Source of the DNA: an uncultured Verrucomicrobiae bacterium
Lineage (GTDB): Bacteria > Verrucomicrobiota > Verrucomicrobiia > Limisphaerales > Palsa-1400
Assembly (NCBI GenBank): GCA_963764165.1
Contig: CAVXRD010000004.1
Span: forward strand, 32,001-96,000
Direction: 5' to 3'
Length of the DNA stretch: 64,000 nucleotides
Every line of letters begins with the position of its first letter. Position 1 is the stretch's first letter. A program made the position numbers and the translations under genes. The notes under the pieces were generated by a model. The model worked only from the letters and a program-made list of their open reading frames with translations. It was not told the origin of the DNA and did not search any database. This document shows, one piece after another, positions 27,978-37,430 of this stretch.

Positions 27978-28811
27978 TTAAAACGTCTTGGGCAAATGTT
28001 TCATCATTTCCATCGCCCACGGCAGGAACACCATTGAAGTTGCGTCAAAGCAGCCGTGCGCTATGACTGCGGGCCAAATCGAGCGGTGCAAAACCATGAT
28101 AAGTCCAAGTCCCACTCCCAGCACTCCAGCGGCAAATGCCGCGATCGGACCCATCGTCAAATGAGCGGCCCCGAATATAACCGCTCCCACCATCACCGCC
28201 CAAACCTGCCCCATGGTTGACGAAAAATAATGCGGCCACACCTTCCGCATCCCGGCCAAAAAAGCCGAGCGCCACAACTCCTCCCGCAAGCCCGCCACCA
28301 CAAAACAAACCAGCGTGATCGACAGCCAAAAATACGCCGAATGATCATTCAACGCGCTGATATCCACCACTTTGTCAACGCGCGGCTGGTTTTTGTTCAC
28401 GTAATCTCCCAGCGCATCCTTCGAGACCACCCCCGTCAAAATGAGAACGGCAGCAATGATGCCGACGACGATGCCGGTCGCCAGCCGCAAACCGATGGAA
28501 TAAGCAACGCCCAGCGCGATCGGAAGCGGCCCCTTGCGCCAGCGCAAAAGCAAGTCATCGCGGGTTGGCTTGGAAGCGAAGCAAGCCAGTCCCAAGAAAA
28601 GTCCAAACACGCACAATTCAACCACCGACACAATCACAACCCCCAAGGCCTTGTGTGACAGCGCCGGATGATCCGAGTCCCTCCCAAACAAACTCATCAC
28701 CCCAATGCCAACGATGTAAAAAGTTATGAGCGCCAGATGAATTCCCCAACGCTTGCGGTTGACAAGCGGCGTTTCGGCGATGAGCGGCGGAACAGGATCG
28801 ATGGATTCCAT
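27978..28811 (-). CDS. CPBP (CAAX/Abi) intramembrane metalloprotease
   Basis: EELWR, FGAAH and IAHGCFD motifs. Confidence 0.88.
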   Translation of the reverse strand: MESIDPVPPLIAETPLVNRKRWGIHLALITFYIVGIGVMSLFGRDSDHPALSHKALGVVIVSVVELCVFGLFLGLACFASKPTRDDLLLRWRKGPLPIALGVAYSIGLRLATGIVVGIIAAVLILTGVVSKDALGDYVNKNQPRVDKVVDISALNDHSAYFWLSITLVCFVVAGLREELWRSAFLAGMRKVWPHYFSSTMGQVWAVMVGAVIFGAAHLTMGPIAAFAAGVLGVGLGLIMVLHRSIWPAVIAHGCFDATSMVFLPWAMEMMKHLPKTF

Positions 28812-28869
28812 TAACGCGTCAAGGTGCCCCTGATTTTCCTGTGATGCAAGGCGCGGTTATCCGGCAGCC

Positions 28870-28898
28870 TTGCCATAACGGAATCTCGTGGTTATTTT
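28870..28898 (+). promoter_or_regulatory. Sigma70-like promoter, probable native tRNA-Arg promoter
   Basis: TTGCCA-N17-TATTTT, 20 bp before the 5' tRNA fragment. Confidence 0.5.
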
Positions 28899-28917
28899 CG
28901 CAAGCAGCGACATTTAC

Positions 28918-28957
28918 GCCCCTGTACCTCAAATGGATAGAGGAGCGGTTTCCTAAA
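28918..28957 (+). repeat. attL: 40-bp copy of the 5' half of tRNA-Arg(CCT)
   Basis: Identical to 36513-36552 (GCCCCTGTACCTCAAATGGATAGAGGAGCGGTTTCCTAAA). Confidence 0.93.
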
Positions 28958-29410
28958 ACGCCTCGCCAAACTCCCAAAAGTGCTTCATTTTACGCAACTT
29001 CCGAATCAACAACTTTTTAGGCAAAATGCTCATTTGGCACCAAATGGCACAGAAACACACCAAATAGCACCCCGCGCGCCATGCGAGCGCCATGCAACCC
29101 CGCAGGCAAGAACCCCGCAACAAATCCAATCAAAAATCCCCCGCCAGTAGCCCTACAGGGCGTCCACCACCACAGGCGAAGGTGACCCTCAAGCCAGAGG
29201 CAGAAAAGTCGCTTAAAACCGCCCCTAGGCACATTCTGAGGGTATTAATCGTGTCCGCGCCCTTTTATTTGCCTCACACCGTTCCAATTTCGGGCCAAAA
29301 TCCTCCATTTGCGATCAAAGAACTTTGAATTACTTGCCTCTAAATCTGGCAAAGAGACGGACAAAAAGCAGATAATTTACACTTTAACCTCGATCCTGAG
29401 ACCGCATAAT

Positions 29411-30334
29411 TCAGCACAATTTCAAATCAGCAATTAATTGCGGTTCTCGTAACGCCAGAAGAATCAAAAGCTTTGTTGCCTCACTCAGGAAATCCGTTAC
29501 AACCTCAGGGCTCCGCAGCATTTTCAGTTTACCTTGAAAGTCAGCCTCATCACCATGAGCAATTTTACTTCTGTACTCATACAACTTACCCCAAACCTTG
29601 TTACAATCACTCGTCAAAAAAAATGAATTGTAATCAAGTGTCCGCTGAAAACGCCTTGAGAGCAGGTTCATTTTTGTCTTTATCTGGTGGGTTAAAGAAT
29701 CCATTGGCTCCGTCAACTCAGGAGCATGGGTAATCAAAGATTCCAAAACAGAGAAAAGTCCAATAACCTTGAACTGCGAGGATTCAGGCAACTCGCTGAG
29801 ATTAAAAAACCGCTCCGCACATGCACACGCCTTAGGCGAAATATCCCTTGCACCCACAAGTAGTGCATGGTTTTCTCTCCATTCCTTTAACTCCGACTCG
29901 CCAATTTTAGGAACCGTCTTTCTAAACAGCAAACCAGGATGAAAAACGTTCGCCATTACGCCTTGATGCCATTCAATTCTTTCTCCTCGCGGTGCGGCTA
30001 TTAAGGTCAAACCCAGCAACAATTCGTCTTTCAGCAATGCAGCGGCATGCTTAAACAGATGGGTGTCAAGAAGTTCCTTCGACTCAATTATCCAATACCG
30101 CCAACGTTCTTGCGGAAGATCAATAATTTGATACTTTCGGTTATCCGTAAGACAATACTCACTCTCGTAAGCGGACTTACAACGCCCCAAATTATCAAAC
30201 AGAGCGAGGCTTTGCTTCAACCGTCCCAACATCGTGGCATCGGCCCTTTTTAGCACATACCCAGGAATTATCTCAACGGGTAAACTTACCTCTATGTCAA
30301 CACGGTTAATAATAAAATGAGTGCGCACTTCCAT
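29411..30334 (-). CDS. HEPN domain protein (ApeA-like HEPN)
   Basis: LFSVLESL, then LYEYRSKIAHG (RxxxxH). Confidence 0.75.
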   Translation of the reverse strand: MEVRTHFIINRVDIEVSLPVEIIPGYVLKRADATMLGRLKQSLALFDNLGRCKSAYESEYCLTDNRKYQIIDLPQERWRYWIIESKELLDTHLFKHAAALLKDELLLGLTLIAAPRGERIEWHQGVMANVFHPGLLFRKTVPKIGESELKEWRENHALLVGARDISPKACACAERFFNLSELPESSQFKVIGLFSVLESLITHAPELTEPMDSLTHQIKTKMNLLSRRFQRTLDYNSFFLTSDCNKVWGKLYEYRSKIAHGDEADFQGKLKMLRSPEVVTDFLSEATKLLILLALREPQLIADLKLC

Positions 30335-30795
30335 AATTTAATCTTGGGATACTCAACACAAACCAAAAAGAAATCAATCAATTAATTGATTTGCTCGATC
30401 CCAAAAACCGCACAACACAAAACCCAAAGGGCGCCAAAAGCATTTTCATTAATAAATTTTGTTCCACCCATTCCTAGTTCCGTAGCTTCTCGCAAAACTT
30501 TTAGCACAGAAAAATGCGACGGCATCGAGATGCTAAACACAATTTAATACTAATCCAAAACCCTGTCACATATTTGATCGCGACTCGCCACCCAAAACTT
30601 TCTGATTAATAAATTTTGTTCCTCACCCTCTTTAGCATCAGCGAAAATAATTTAATTAGCTTTCTTAACCGTAGAACTTTTCTTATCAATATAGCTTGTA
30701 ACTTTATTAAACAAGTGCTATCACCTTACTGAGGCTGCGACCAAGCAGCGCATACGAACTAACAAGAATACAATTAATCAAATGAAATGAATTAA

Positions 30796-31044
30796 ATGAA
30801 TCAGGGAAGCGCAGTAAACAATGTTCAGTTGAGTGATTGGACAGACCGCAACGGACTTGCGGCTCACTTAAAAGTCAGCACGAGACACATTCAGAATCAA
30901 CAGCGACGCCGTATTATTCCGTACTATAAACAGGGCCGTTGCGTACGATTCAGAATATCCGAGGTTGAGGCTGCACTAAAGCGATGCGAAGTAAAAAGCA
31001 TCGGGCAATGTTCGTCTGAAATCAAAAAAGGAGTAGAGGAATGA
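30796..31044 (+). CDS. Excisionase-like helix-turn-helix protein
   Basis: LAAHLKVSTRHI......IPYYKQGRCVRFRISEV. Confidence 0.8.
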   Translation: MNQGSAVNNVQLSDWTDRNGLAAHLKVSTRHIQNQQRRRIIPYYKQGRCVRFRISEVEAALKRCEVKSIGQCSSEIKKGVEE

Positions 31045-31514
31045 CTTCGCAAAAAAGGCTATTTCATTATACAAGGGCGAATAACTTGAAACATATCCTT
31101 CAAGATCGCTCCATTAAAACAACAAACACCCTTATCGGAAAAAACGAAGTGCCGACGGTATGGTTTTCCTACCGACAGGACTGGGAACCAACCGCAACAC
31201 CAAGATTGAGTGGAGCGCCACTTGGACATTGGATGTCATTCAATGAATTCGCAAAGATTGAAACTCCAGTACCAATTGAAGTCAATCCGTCCTATGCACC
31301 AATGAAATGGCCTGTTTGGAGGAAGCTCTCTGGTGTAAAGGCCAAAACTGCTCGTGACCTTGAAAGCAGTGCTATAAGGATGAAAGCCAATGTTGCGGAC
31401 TGGCGAATGAGTTTTAAACCAGTGACTTGTGAATCAGGTGCTTGGCGTGCGATTGAGTTGTTTGTAGGAGAACATTGGCAGGATATAAGAGCGTTGTTTC
31501 CCAAGCCATTGTGA
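31041..31514 (+). CDS. Hypothetical protein, possible ADP-ribosyltransferase-like fold
   Basis: LFHYT...L..IL and VWFS motifs; ATGA-coupled to the HTH gene. Confidence 0.55.
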   Translation: MTSQKRLFHYTRANNLKHILQDRSIKTTNTLIGKNEVPTVWFSYRQDWEPTATPRLSGAPLGHWMSFNEFAKIETPVPIEVNPSYAPMKWPVWRKLSGVKAKTARDLESSAIRMKANVADWRMSFKPVTCESGAWRAIELFVGEHWQDIRALFPKPL

Positions 31515-31543
31515 AAAGGCGGGGCGAACCTCGCGCAATTCTT

Positions 31544-32794
31544 ATGGACACTCAAGACGCACAGCCAATGGAAAACAAAACAAGATTCTTTTATGTTCCT
31601 GGCAATTTAAACCTTACGGAAATGTTACATGCAGTCGGCGACTATAATTTAGCAAAGCCTTTGCACCTAGACAAATTTTATTATGTAATTGATTCACTGT
31701 ACATCCGCAATGTGATCCGTCATAATGAACTAACAGAATATCTCGGATTGCATTCCAGAATCCTATTAAAAATACTTACGTCTAGGTTGAGTGGCAAAAT
31801 TAAATACTTATTAGTTCAAATTGGCATCCTAGAGCAAAATCCAAAATATAGCTATCGCGCTGGCTATTCGGCAAAGCAGTACAGATTCACAAAGGAATTC
31901 AGGGACGGACCATTTAAACGCATCCAAGCGACCGACTTAAAATTAGTTGCGCGCATCCGCAAGGCTCACGACTTGTGCTGCGCCAAGTTGGTCGGCGCAA
32001 ATCCAGTTAAGAAGCTAATTTATAAAAGTGTGTTGACCATGAGTTTCGACTCTCAGAGTGCAACCGAATGGGTCGCCGCAACGGAATACGATAAGCCAAA
32101 CGCTAAGCAAAGTCGCAATTGTCTAATAGACATGGTCGCCAATAGACGTAATGAGTATTTCGGCACAGATACAGCGGGCAGACTCTATCACGCACTTGTA
32201 TATCTAGCGAGAGATTTGCGCCAATTTGTTTCTTGGAACGGTCAAGCTCTCTATTCTGTGGATGTTTCCAATTGCCAACCCGCGCTTCACGCAACACTTT
32301 ATGCTCCTGACTGTCGCGAAAAGATAGAATACTTAAAACTGGTGACAACAAACAGTTTTTATCCGTTTATCAATTCGCGTCTGCAACGTCCCTTCAAATG
32401 GCCAGAGGAAAAGCAACTTTTAAAGGATGACGTGTTTCACTATATCTTTTATGGCTCACGGTATTCAAAGGAAACCGAAATGCAGAAAGTATTTAAAAGT
32501 TCTTTCCCGATCTTGCATGGACTCCTCCAGGAAGCAAAGAGATACAACACCACAGATTTGCCCGTTGCTATGCAAAAACGGGAGGCGGACATTGTTTTAA
32601 ATAAGGTAGCAGCAGAGTTTGAGGTAAAACACCGACATGAGGACACCTGTTTAATATCAATTCACGATGCGCTTGTTACGACCGCAGAGCATATGGCGGA
32701 GTTAAAAAGTTTAATGGAAAGACATTTTATGGATGCTCTTGGATTCAAAATGCCCGTAAAGGTGGAACGACTCACCAAAAATGTGATCACATAA
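31544..32794 (+). CDS. Minimal family-A polymerase-like protein (putative replicase/primase)
   Basis: GRLYH, motif A SVDVSNCQP, motif B K......IFYG, MQ..EA, motif C SIHDAL. Start could be 31475, 31544 or 31568. Confidence 0.65.
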   Translation: MDTQDAQPMENKTRFFYVPGNLNLTEMLHAVGDYNLAKPLHLDKFYYVIDSLYIRNVIRHNELTEYLGLHSRILLKILTSRLSGKIKYLLVQIGILEQNPKYSYRAGYSAKQYRFTKEFRDGPFKRIQATDLKLVARIRKAHDLCCAKLVGANPVKKLIYKSVLTMSFDSQSATEWVAATEYDKPNAKQSRNCLIDMVANRRNEYFGTDTAGRLYHALVYLARDLRQFVSWNGQALYSVDVSNCQPALHATLYAPDCREKIEYLKLVTTNSFYPFINSRLQRPFKWPEEKQLLKDDVFHYIFYGSRYSKETEMQKVFKSSFPILHGLLQEAKRYNTTDLPVAMQKREADIVLNKVAAEFEVKHRHEDTCLISIHDALVTTAEHMAELKSLMERHFMDALGFKMPVKVERLTKNVIT

Positions 32795-33057
32795 GAGGAT
32801 AAGGAAGGTAAGGTATAGATTATCGTATAATAGACATGATAAACAGTAATAATAAGTATTATGGCAATAAATACATACTGTGTATACTATTCAGAAATAT
32901 ATCTTCTGGTATAACTCATTATTCAAAAAAAACATCTCTCATTCACTTTTAATGCGTCCCTTGAAAGGGCGCAATTAAAAGGGTCGAGGATTTCTGAAAA
33001 TAAATCGCCGTGGTTTCTTTTTTACGTGTAATCCACTGTGGAACTAAAAATAATAAT

Positions 33058-33330
33058 ATGTATTCAGATGAAATAATCACTAGCAACGGATGCCAAGCAA
33101 TAGCTAACGATATAATGTTTGGTCTTATGCAACAGGATGTAGAGTTTACCGCAGACGAGTTCTATAAAGCTGCACGTTTTCATGGGATGCCGCCAGATTT
33201 GATAAAAAAATATGCTGGCAGCTACTTTAAAATCTTCCAAGCTGCTGGATATATCCAAAAGACGGATCGTTACCGATTGTCCGAACGAAACGGTTCAACC
33301 CCTCTGCCAGTGTGGGTCAAGGTGCAATAG
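33058..33330 (+). CDS. Small hypothetical protein (possible winged helix)
   Basis: 90-aa open frame in the AT-rich island. Confidence 0.55.
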   Translation: MYSDEIITSNGCQAIANDIMFGLMQQDVEFTADEFYKAARFHGMPPDLIKKYAGSYFKIFQAAGYIQKTDRYRLSERNGSTPLPVWVKVQ

Positions 33331-33577
33331 TAAAGAGATGTTGCTCCTGAGCAATTCAAAAAGTCAAAGTCTGTGCCGCAAAATGTCCAATTCATCCGTG
33401 CTGGTGGATTCAGTTTTTTAACCTAATGGAAAATCGTCCCATTTCGCCTGGGTCGTGCGCCAGAGGCCGTTTCAAGGGTCACCCAAGGAGAAACCCCGTA
33501 TCGGTGGGTTAATATGGCCCTGAAGCCAAATGCGGCGAGAGGGATGGCCTTGCGATAAACCCTCTGAGGTTGCTTGA

Positions 33578-33850
33578 TTACAGCAATTCGCTGACAAAAT
33601 GATTGCGAGCAGCCAACCATATCCTTTGGGCTGGAAAAAGTGAAACCACTGGAATTTTTAAGGATTCCGCCAGCAACGAAATTTCAAAATCCGTAACCCG
33701 TCGGCTTCGGGATTCAATTTTGGCGATGGTGTATCTGCTGATATTCCAGCCTCTCCGCTGATTAATCGCAGCCAAGTCCTCTTGAGAAAACCCCTTTTCA
33801 AGACGGATTCTCTGCAACTGCGCCCCTATTAAATTTCGCGGCTTTTGCAT
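33578..33850 (-). CDS. XRE-family HTH regulator
   Basis: NLIGAQLQRIR..KGFSQEDLA......GWNISR.TIAKIE...RRVTDFE. Confidence 0.85.
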   Translation of the reverse strand: MQKPRNLIGAQLQRIRLEKGFSQEDLAAINQRRGWNISRYTIAKIESRSRRVTDFEISLLAESLKIPVVSLFPAQRIWLAARNHFVSELL

Positions 33851-33943
33851 GTGCCATTTTCGGCACTTGACGGTATGGTCTATGCGTGCTTCTATGTGTG
33901 CCAGCATTGGCACAAAAAAAATCAAATCAATTTATGAGTTTTT

Positions 33944-35068
33944 ATGATTGATCCTCGAATTCTTGGATTAGCCCTTGGTCGTCAAATCCGTTCAGAACTG
34001 GACAGCGCAGAATACAGGAAGAAAAAGGAGTCTGCGGCGGCGGAACAGCGTCACCGTGAGCTTATGGAAAAACTTGAGGATTTAACTCATCCTGAGCTTG
34101 CTGCTAAACGGCGTCACGAAAAAATTGTGGAACAACTATGGCGTGACGAGGCACCCCCTCCTTTTACGGTTTACCATGACCCCGATACAGGAAGAGCCTT
34201 TTCTTCGTCCGAGGCATCGGTATCCCTTAAAAGTGAATATGCGAACGCTTGGACGACCGCAAAAGAACGGTATCCACAACTTTTCACCGTGCTTCCTGGC
34301 TTCTGTGAACATTGCCTTCAGCCGATGGATTTCCTTTCTAAAAATACTTCTATATGCAAACCGTGTCCACATTGCAGAGAACAGTCCTATTTTCTGAAAA
34401 TTGGGGACAAACCGCCAGAAAGAATGAATGTGTTCTTACGCATTTTTCGTATTCCATTTCTGGTGCTTGAACCTGGAGGCGGGTTAATAGAGTTCGTTAT
34501 AGTTATGGCGATGGCAACGGCGATTGCACTTTGCCTTTTTTTAGGTCCATTTATAGCTCTTGCATATTGGTTAGAATGGTGGTCCCTTGTTCCTGCGGCA
34601 TTGATTTTGGCGGCAATCGTCATTAAGGAAAATAAGGAGCAACATGCAGTTGCAGAACATCACGACAGGCTAATGAGGAAGCTGAAGTCTTTACTCGTCT
34701 TCGAAAGAGTCGAAAGCCCACACCGAGAAGGTGCTCGATTCGATAGGAAAGAGCAAGCCAAAAATGCCACAAACGCGCACGACTTTTACTTCTGTTGCAA
34801 CGAGTGTGGAGAGAATCTCAAAGTTAGTTCGGGGAATGTGAATGCCACCATCCACTGTCCGACGTGCGGCAGCCTGCATGGGGATTTAGAGGCCCACGTT
34901 GGAACGCGCCAAGGAATTCAGGGGTTTTCGGATTCGCACGATGTTCACTTTTTATGTAACAACTGTGGACAGAGCCTTGTTACGGATAGACGAAGAATAG
35001 GCGGAATAGACGACTCGATCCCCTGTCCGACTTGCAAACATAACATTGCAATAGGTTTTTTACGGTAA
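33944..35068 (+). CDS. Hypothetical membrane protein with several zinc ribbons
   Basis: Three CxxC...CPxC pairs and two TM helices. Confidence 0.65.
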   Translation: MIDPRILGLALGRQIRSELDSAEYRKKKESAAAEQRHRELMEKLEDLTHPELAAKRRHEKIVEQLWRDEAPPPFTVYHDPDTGRAFSSSEASVSLKSEYANAWTTAKERYPQLFTVLPGFCEHCLQPMDFLSKNTSICKPCPHCREQSYFLKIGDKPPERMNVFLRIFRIPFLVLEPGGGLIEFVIVMAMATAIALCLFLGPFIALAYWLEWWSLVPAALILAAIVIKENKEQHAVAEHHDRLMRKLKSLLVFERVESPHREGARFDRKEQAKNATNAHDFYFCCNECGENLKVSSGNVNATIHCPTCGSLHGDLEAHVGTRQGIQGFSDSHDVHFLCNNCGQSLVTDRRRIGGIDDSIPCPTCKHNIAIGFLR

Positions 35069-35247
35069 AGAGGAATAATTACTTTTTTGAATAATTCGCA
35101 ACTCCAGCAACCGTCAGTTTTTTGAATAGCCTTCCAGTGTGCAAATAAAGAAATTCTGCTCCTGCGCCAAGATAGGCCGTATGTAACATCCTAATGTTTT
35201 TATAAAGTGTGGCTACTGGTGCAAATCTATGGACTGCTTCGATACTG

Positions 35248-36429
35248 TCAAGTAGACGCATGAAGATTTGATTGACTGGCGGTGTTTGAAGGTGCAGGTC
35301 GTAAATTCCAGAATTTCTCCGCCTCACTTCTTGAAACCAAGGACTTGTAGTGCCTATGCACTATGTCGGCAGAATTTCCCATTTGACTCGCCGTTTCATT
35401 GGCGTCGCGGAACATTGCATAGTGAAATGACGCAAAGGAATGTCTCAGACCGTTTTCAGACCATTTGGCGATTTGTGCGGCTTTTAGGAAACGGGATTTG
35501 TTTTGATGAAATGCCTTGAGGTCAATAATTGGCACGCCAGTTTTAAATTTATCTGCGCATGGCTGAAGCCAAGCCAAAAGAGCTGGCTGCATGTCAATAA
35601 TTCTCTGTGAACGTTTCTTGGCTACATCCGCGCCGATTGTGATTGTCTTTTCCTCTATGTTAATGTACTTGGAATTTAACCTCAACATTTCCGCAGACCT
35701 AACTCCAGCGAATAACCCAATAGCGATATACGGAAGCCAACCGTATTCATCGGCATAGGTGAGCAAGGCTTTCGCTTGTTCAACAGTGAAAATCTCTGGT
35801 GATGACTCGTCCACAGATGGCCTGGCAATTTGTTTTGTGAGATTTGAATCAGCCCATTTGTGTTTAATTGCATAGCCATAAAGCTGGGAAAGTTTAGTCA
35901 AGTAATTGATTCGCGTTCTTGGTTCCCATTGACCGTCTTGAATCCATTTGCACAACTGTTCCAAGGTAATGTCAGAAAGACGTGAAGCGCCAAAATCGGC
36001 GGCAAAGGTATTTAACCTGTTCTCCACATCTCTTATGGTGCGGGGTCGCAAATTCATGTTTCTGGCGTCTGCAACGTAGTGTTTAACGATCTCTTTGAGG
36101 ATTGGAGCGGTCTTGAACGCCAATACGTGCTTTTCGTAGTACTTGGCGGCTTCAAGAATTGAGACATTGTGAGGGGCTAGAATGTCATGGGCTTTTGCGG
36201 CATCCAGCCGAATTTGTTGCGGCAAAGCAAACGCAGTCATGCCTTCATTGGCTCGGGCGATTCGGCTTTGCTCTTGGAACGTCTGGGCTTCAATTTTGGT
36301 GGCAAAGTTTACCCGCTTCCTTTTTCCATCCACGATTCCCAAGTCAACTTGATAACTCACTTGCCCACTTCTGTGTTTTGCGATATTGATACGGGGCCAT
36401 TTGGATCGATTGTTTGTCTTTGATTTCAT
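35248..36429 (-). CDS. Tyrosine recombinase/integrase
   Basis: FAGVRSAE, AKK...R, NGLRHSFAS, QMGNS and HY catalytic Tyr; adjacent to att and the tRNA. Confidence 0.93.
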   Translation of the reverse strand: MKSKTNNRSKWPRINIAKHRSGQVSYQVDLGIVDGKRKRVNFATKIEAQTFQEQSRIARANEGMTAFALPQQIRLDAAKAHDILAPHNVSILEAAKYYEKHVLAFKTAPILKEIVKHYVADARNMNLRPRTIRDVENRLNTFAADFGASRLSDITLEQLCKWIQDGQWEPRTRINYLTKLSQLYGYAIKHKWADSNLTKQIARPSVDESSPEIFTVEQAKALLTYADEYGWLPYIAIGLFAGVRSAEMLRLNSKYINIEEKTITIGADVAKKRSQRIIDMQPALLAWLQPCADKFKTGVPIIDLKAFHQNKSRFLKAAQIAKWSENGLRHSFASFHYAMFRDANETASQMGNSADIVHRHYKSLVSRSEAEKFWNLRPAPSNTASQSNLHAST

Positions 36430-36512
36430 GGCAAAAGTGTCATGCAAATGCCACGCGCAGTCAAACATGAAGCGATAAAATGCTGCGCAAATGGCTCTTA
36501 ATTAAGAGTTTA

Positions 36513-36588
36513 GCCCCTGTACCTCAAATGGATAGAGGAGCGGTTTCCTAAACCGTCCATCCCGGTTCAATTCCGGGCGGGGGTACCA
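36513..36588 (+). tRNA. tRNA-Arg(CCT)
   Basis: Full cloverleaf, anticodon loop TTCCTAA, T-loop TTCAATT and encoded CCA. Confidence 0.95.
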
Positions 36589-36649
36589 TCTCTTCTTACG
36601 ATGGAAACATCGTCGCCTTTGCTGTTCTTCCAATACCGGCAAGGGACTC

Positions 36650-36845
<196 letters not shown>

Positions 36846-36849
<4 letters not shown>

Positions 36850-37133
36850 CGGCGGCAATGATGAACGGCTTGGCCCGCCTGAGCAACCACTTCCTCCAGC
36901 CTATCAGCTTTGTCCTGCTTGGCCGGGACGGTTTCATGGTACCACTCCACATGCGGTGACCATTTCGCGCAGGCTGGACAACTCGTGCGCTCCCAGTTTT
37001 TGCCGCATTTCGGGCAAACGCCGCAGGTGTCAAATGTATTCCACAAACAGCCGCAGGACGGAAGACAGGACCAAATATCCGTCGGGCGCGGATGGTAACG
37101 GCACTTTGGACAATAGATTTCCACTTTTCTCAT
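36846..37133 (-). CDS. Small Cys-rich (zinc-binding) hypothetical protein
   Basis: CPKC...W.C...CG..WNTFDT.G.CP.C...W..T.C..C..WS.H..WY. Confidence 0.7.
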
Positions 37134-37430
37134 AACTGCGCTGCAAGACAATAGCAGGCAGCCACGCGTTTGCCAACCGGAGTGAGATTGTGCAGCCGGG
37201 CAGACGCATCTTAATTCTTGTAATCAATTGAAAATCAACTGGCATCGGGCTCGTTGATGGGCAGGGACGCTTCGCCGAGGCCTCCGGGGTGATTCCCGTC
37301 AAGTTCGTGCCCGTGCTGTTCCCTGTCGTGGCCCTCACAAGCCCGCATGAAGAATTCTGTCGCGCACCCGGCAGCCCGGGCCGCCCCACTTTGCGTTTGA
37401 TTGGGCGCGGTGGAAGCGTATATTGCGTTC

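Larger units (their letters stand above)
28918..36552. mobile_element. Integrative element (about 7.6 kb) at tRNA-Arg(CCT)
   Basis: 40-bp direct repeats, terminal tyrosine integrase, excisionase-like HTH, and marked AT enrichment. Confidence 0.9.

Noticed and set aside
28918..36552. Prophage
   Set aside because: No capsid, terminase, tail or lysis genes, and only 7.6 kb long.
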